Positions 60,460 through 64,000 of a stretch of DNA of 64,000 bases are shown one piece after another. The DNA is from Tubulanus polymorphus (Eukaryota > Animalia > Nemertea): contig NC_134028.1 in the NCBI RefSeq assembly GCF_964204645.1, forward strand, positions 7,006,001 to 7,070,000, in the 5' to 3' direction. Position 1 is the stretch's first letter. Each line of letters begins with the position of its first letter. The translations under genes and the position numbers were made by a program. Under the pieces are notes generated by a model. The model did not search any database. It was not told the origin of the DNA and saw only the letters and a program-made list of their open reading frames with translations.

Positions 60460-63400
60460 CTGAAATGCGGAAAAATATATCATAATGTCAAATACCCATC
60501 GAAAATACACGTCTGCAGCTGGTACATTATTCATTCAACTTATGCCGCGGTAATGAAATAAGCAAGCAGATTTTCATTTTCTCTAACTGTTAATCAACGG
60601 ACGAAGCAATTTTCGAAGCGTTTTCGGCAAAAAAAATATATATATAACATATTAATGTTTGTTTTAGTCTTAGCGAATATCGACATAAAGAATATAGTAG
60701 AAAAAAAGCTGTTCCCCGAATGCAATTTTAGTATAATAGTAGTAAAACGATGTAAAACTACAATAAAAACCAACGCTATATCCAAGATAACGATATCTAA
60801 AAAACAACTAGATTTCAAAACGCAATAAAACATTTATCAGCTATATTATGTTTCTTTTTTTCTATTACAAGATCAAGAACAGAACACGGAAACATAGAAA
60901 GTGTGCTTTTTACCATGAAACAACGATTTACAATTTCTACTTATTCAGCCGCCATGCAAACTTTAAACAGATATTCTGTATTACTCGAAACGACAGGCAA
61001 AAACGATATAGAAACCATTAGTGTAGACACAATACCAGAACATATTCATTTTAAGTTGCGGGATGCTAATTGCAAGAGTCTCGAAACAAGATGTAGTGAG
61101 CAATTACATATTCAGACAGATGTTCAATATAGTGGTTTGTTTACCACATGCTCCGCCCATTATAATACAACCTTTTTTAACTTCCTCGATAAATCATTGC
61201 AAATTAGAAATTACTGCAAAAGAAATTGCTACTGAAATCTAATATGTAAAATTTATTTCTTTTGTATTCATTAAAGGAAGATCTCATTAATTGATGGTTT
61301 TTTCTTACTGATCATGGTCCATAATCGAATTAGATTTAACTCAAGAATTGACTCTAAAAAGTCGCTGTATAAGAGTCGATTTTGATGAAGCACTCGCTGT
61401 CTGAAACTGATCCCTGATTTGTGAAATTAGGAACGTAAACGAATAGAGGATAGAGGATAGGATAGGTAGCAATATGTACATTTACTAAGCCTACTTGTAG
61501 CCGATAGAGAGTAGTCTGGTTGCGTCGATCCCAGAGTCGGGAGATCATCTTCGTTTTCGAAATACACTATGTTATCACACTTATAGATTGACGATGTTGT
61601 ATCTAAAATACGAAAAAAGCTTTTAAAAACATTCCGGATCCAGCGTCACTCATTTGGTAGACCAAATAGTCGGCCAATAAAGACATTAAATCTTAATCTA
61701 TTATTGTTTTCTGAAATCCGCCTCAACCCGTGGTGAACGCTTCTAAAAGTGTAAATAGCACCGGGTTCGCTGTTATAGCGGTGAAACGCCTGAGAATCTT
61801 TGATTGACTTTAGAGTAATCAGACTGATTATTCCAAGGATTGACCGTATGAGAATCACATTTTATACTGCGAGATGTGAATACAGGCCAGTGCCGAGCTA
61901 TTTTTCAGGGGCAACTATTTCAAGAAAAGGGGCTCTTTTACACCGTGAAAAGGGGCACTTTTCTATTGAAAAAGGACAGATCTTAGATACGACCCTCATC
62001 TCAGTACCTGGATATATCTCACGAGAATGGATTACTTGAAAAACATGAACATTCTATCCAACTTGCGAAAAATCTCGATCCGAATTGCTTTACTGACTTT
62101 TTAGGTGCACTTTGAACATGATCGGCACGGACCTGGAACACGTTTTGAATATTTCGAGGTGTTTACGAAGGGCTGGTGACCCCGCTTACACTGAGTCGAC
62201 CTCAGACAACAACGTCTGAGCATTCGGTACAAGTGTGCCAGGTTAGGGATAAAGATGCGAAGGAATAATTCCCAATGAATATAAACCTTTGATCTTTCGC
62301 GTACAAGTATAACGTTCATTAACTCCCTCTTCACAACAATATTCGATGCTATCTATTCTACCATAACAATATACCCATTGAGCCCGAGATCGCGTTGGAA
62401 AAGATGCAATTTTCGTCGACGGCTTTTTTGCGACTCTCCGAGGAGTAATATTCTAATGGAAATTCCTTTCACATATGGGATCAGCCGCTGTAACGTTCGG
62501 GGGAATCACGCAGCTACTGTTACGGCCATTTCCTTCTGCGATCCGGAATCCGGATGTAACATTTCTGAAGAGGCCGACACGAGTAGGAACGAAAGTGATA
62601 CAGCAAACGCGGTATTGGCAATGGTGAAGAATAGTGTGATAGCGTCAGCTGTGGTATCCGAGAAAGTTGCGCGAAAGTAAAGGACGAATTTCTCGGAAAA
62701 CAATGATCTCGATCAGCTTGTTGTGATCGTTTATATGTAAACAAAACTGATATTCAAGATTCCATAATAATTGACGATAGAGGATTTGTTTGTTTGATCG
62801 TTAGTACAAAACGTGAAAACAGCCATTTAGCGTCATAGGTTGTTACGTATCTAGCAAGAAAAAATATGATATACAAGAAAACAGTATATTTGGAATGTGT
62901 ATCGTTTGCAAGGCCGGCCCTACACACGCCTTTACTAAAATCTGATTATTCCTTGTGCATCAACTTTGAAATAAGAGAAGAGAACGTTTCAACCACAAGA
63001 TTAAGTCAAAATGTGAAAAATTGGAAAATCCATTCAGGGCAGGGAGCCGGCCAAGAACACATCGTCCTAGACGTCGATTTTCATTGGTCCATGTATATAG
63101 GTCATTCGGCAATTAACCAATGGATATCAACATCGATTTCCAAAATTAAATATTCAGCTATAGTTTACGCAAAATACGCAATATACAATACACGTACATA
63201 ATAAACTAAATAGTAATTGAATTGATTGATTGATTCATTTGTTTAGTTGATTCGATTGTTTTTCTAGGGTGGTAAGTCATTCCGCCAAGCAGCGATCGAA
63301 GTGCTGATGGAATACCATACGCATATATACATAGAGAAAAGGGAATGATTCAGAGTTCATATTATATATACCTTCAACTATTTCAGCAGGAACTGAGGAC

Positions 63401-64000
63401 AAATTTCGACCGGGCAACAACAAAATTTCCCCTGGAAAAGAAATATACATGTATAAGTATACACGAACATACCAAATCACGCTTTGACGGTACAGGTTAT
63501 ACATTTGAACTCCCGATGGAAGGATCAGGAAATACAACAATGCGATTATTTTTTGTGCATGAAATTCCAAGGTTTTTCACCAGGTTTTATAACTTCGTCG
63601 CTCGTCGATCTATAATAGCTGTATAGTCGAACTTCAGGGAATATCGAATTTCAAAATATGTGAGCACTAGTCCTTCTCGAAATCAAACAAAATCTACGGC
63701 AGCATTTATGTGAATTTTTCAGCGGTAGTTGGTATAGTTGTCGTCAGTTCCTAACTGGCGACAAACGACTAAAGCATCTGGCAGAAACAAGATAATGTAA
63801 GGACGTTACAAGCAACGGGTGACATGAATAGTGATAAATAACGATACATTATATCCGCGTTTCTACACGATGTTAATGTACGTCTGAATCCGACGACTCA
63901 CACACATATACACTAGTTCTCCGAGTGATTCCCAGTGCCTGATGCTGTATCGCTCCATGGCCAATTGTATGCCGTACCAAAGCCACTGATAGCAGGCACA

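Noticed and set aside
63902-64000. Possible next upstream TARP exon ending at a GTGAGT donor (minus strand)
   Set aside because: A phase-compatible frame is open (CLLSVALVRH...TSVYV), but similarity to the TARP extracellular loop is unconvincing and the window truncates it; left unassigned.

Overview
Intron-rich, AT-rich animal DNA, probably from a marine invertebrate; the taxon cannot be fixed from sequence. Left to right: (1) The 3' part of a PDE11-like GAF/HD cyclic-nucleotide phosphodiesterase (+; 15 exons, 11067-19759), preceded by >11 kb of apparent intron packed with MITEs and a SINE. (2) A ~27-kb cluster of six secreted astacin (M12A) metalloprotease genes sharing a 10-exon layout: signal peptide, a very short micro-exon-encoded propeptide, an astacin domain and two PAN/Apple domains. 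Five tandem minus-strand copies (A-E) keep the zinc site; copy C is frameshifted in PAN1. One divergent plus-strand copy (F) lies head-to-head with the array and keeps an open frame, but has replaced two zinc His, the Met-turn Tyr and the propeptide Asp switch, so it looks like a maintained pseudo-protease. (3) A UCHL5/UCH37 gene with an intronless CDS (55261-56244). (4) The last two exons of a TARP/CACNG5-7-like gene (-). The best candidate for an undescribed system is the diversifying astacin-PAN-PAN array plus its dead head-to-head partner. Exons were assigned by hand from GT/AG signals and frame continuity; no database searches were run.
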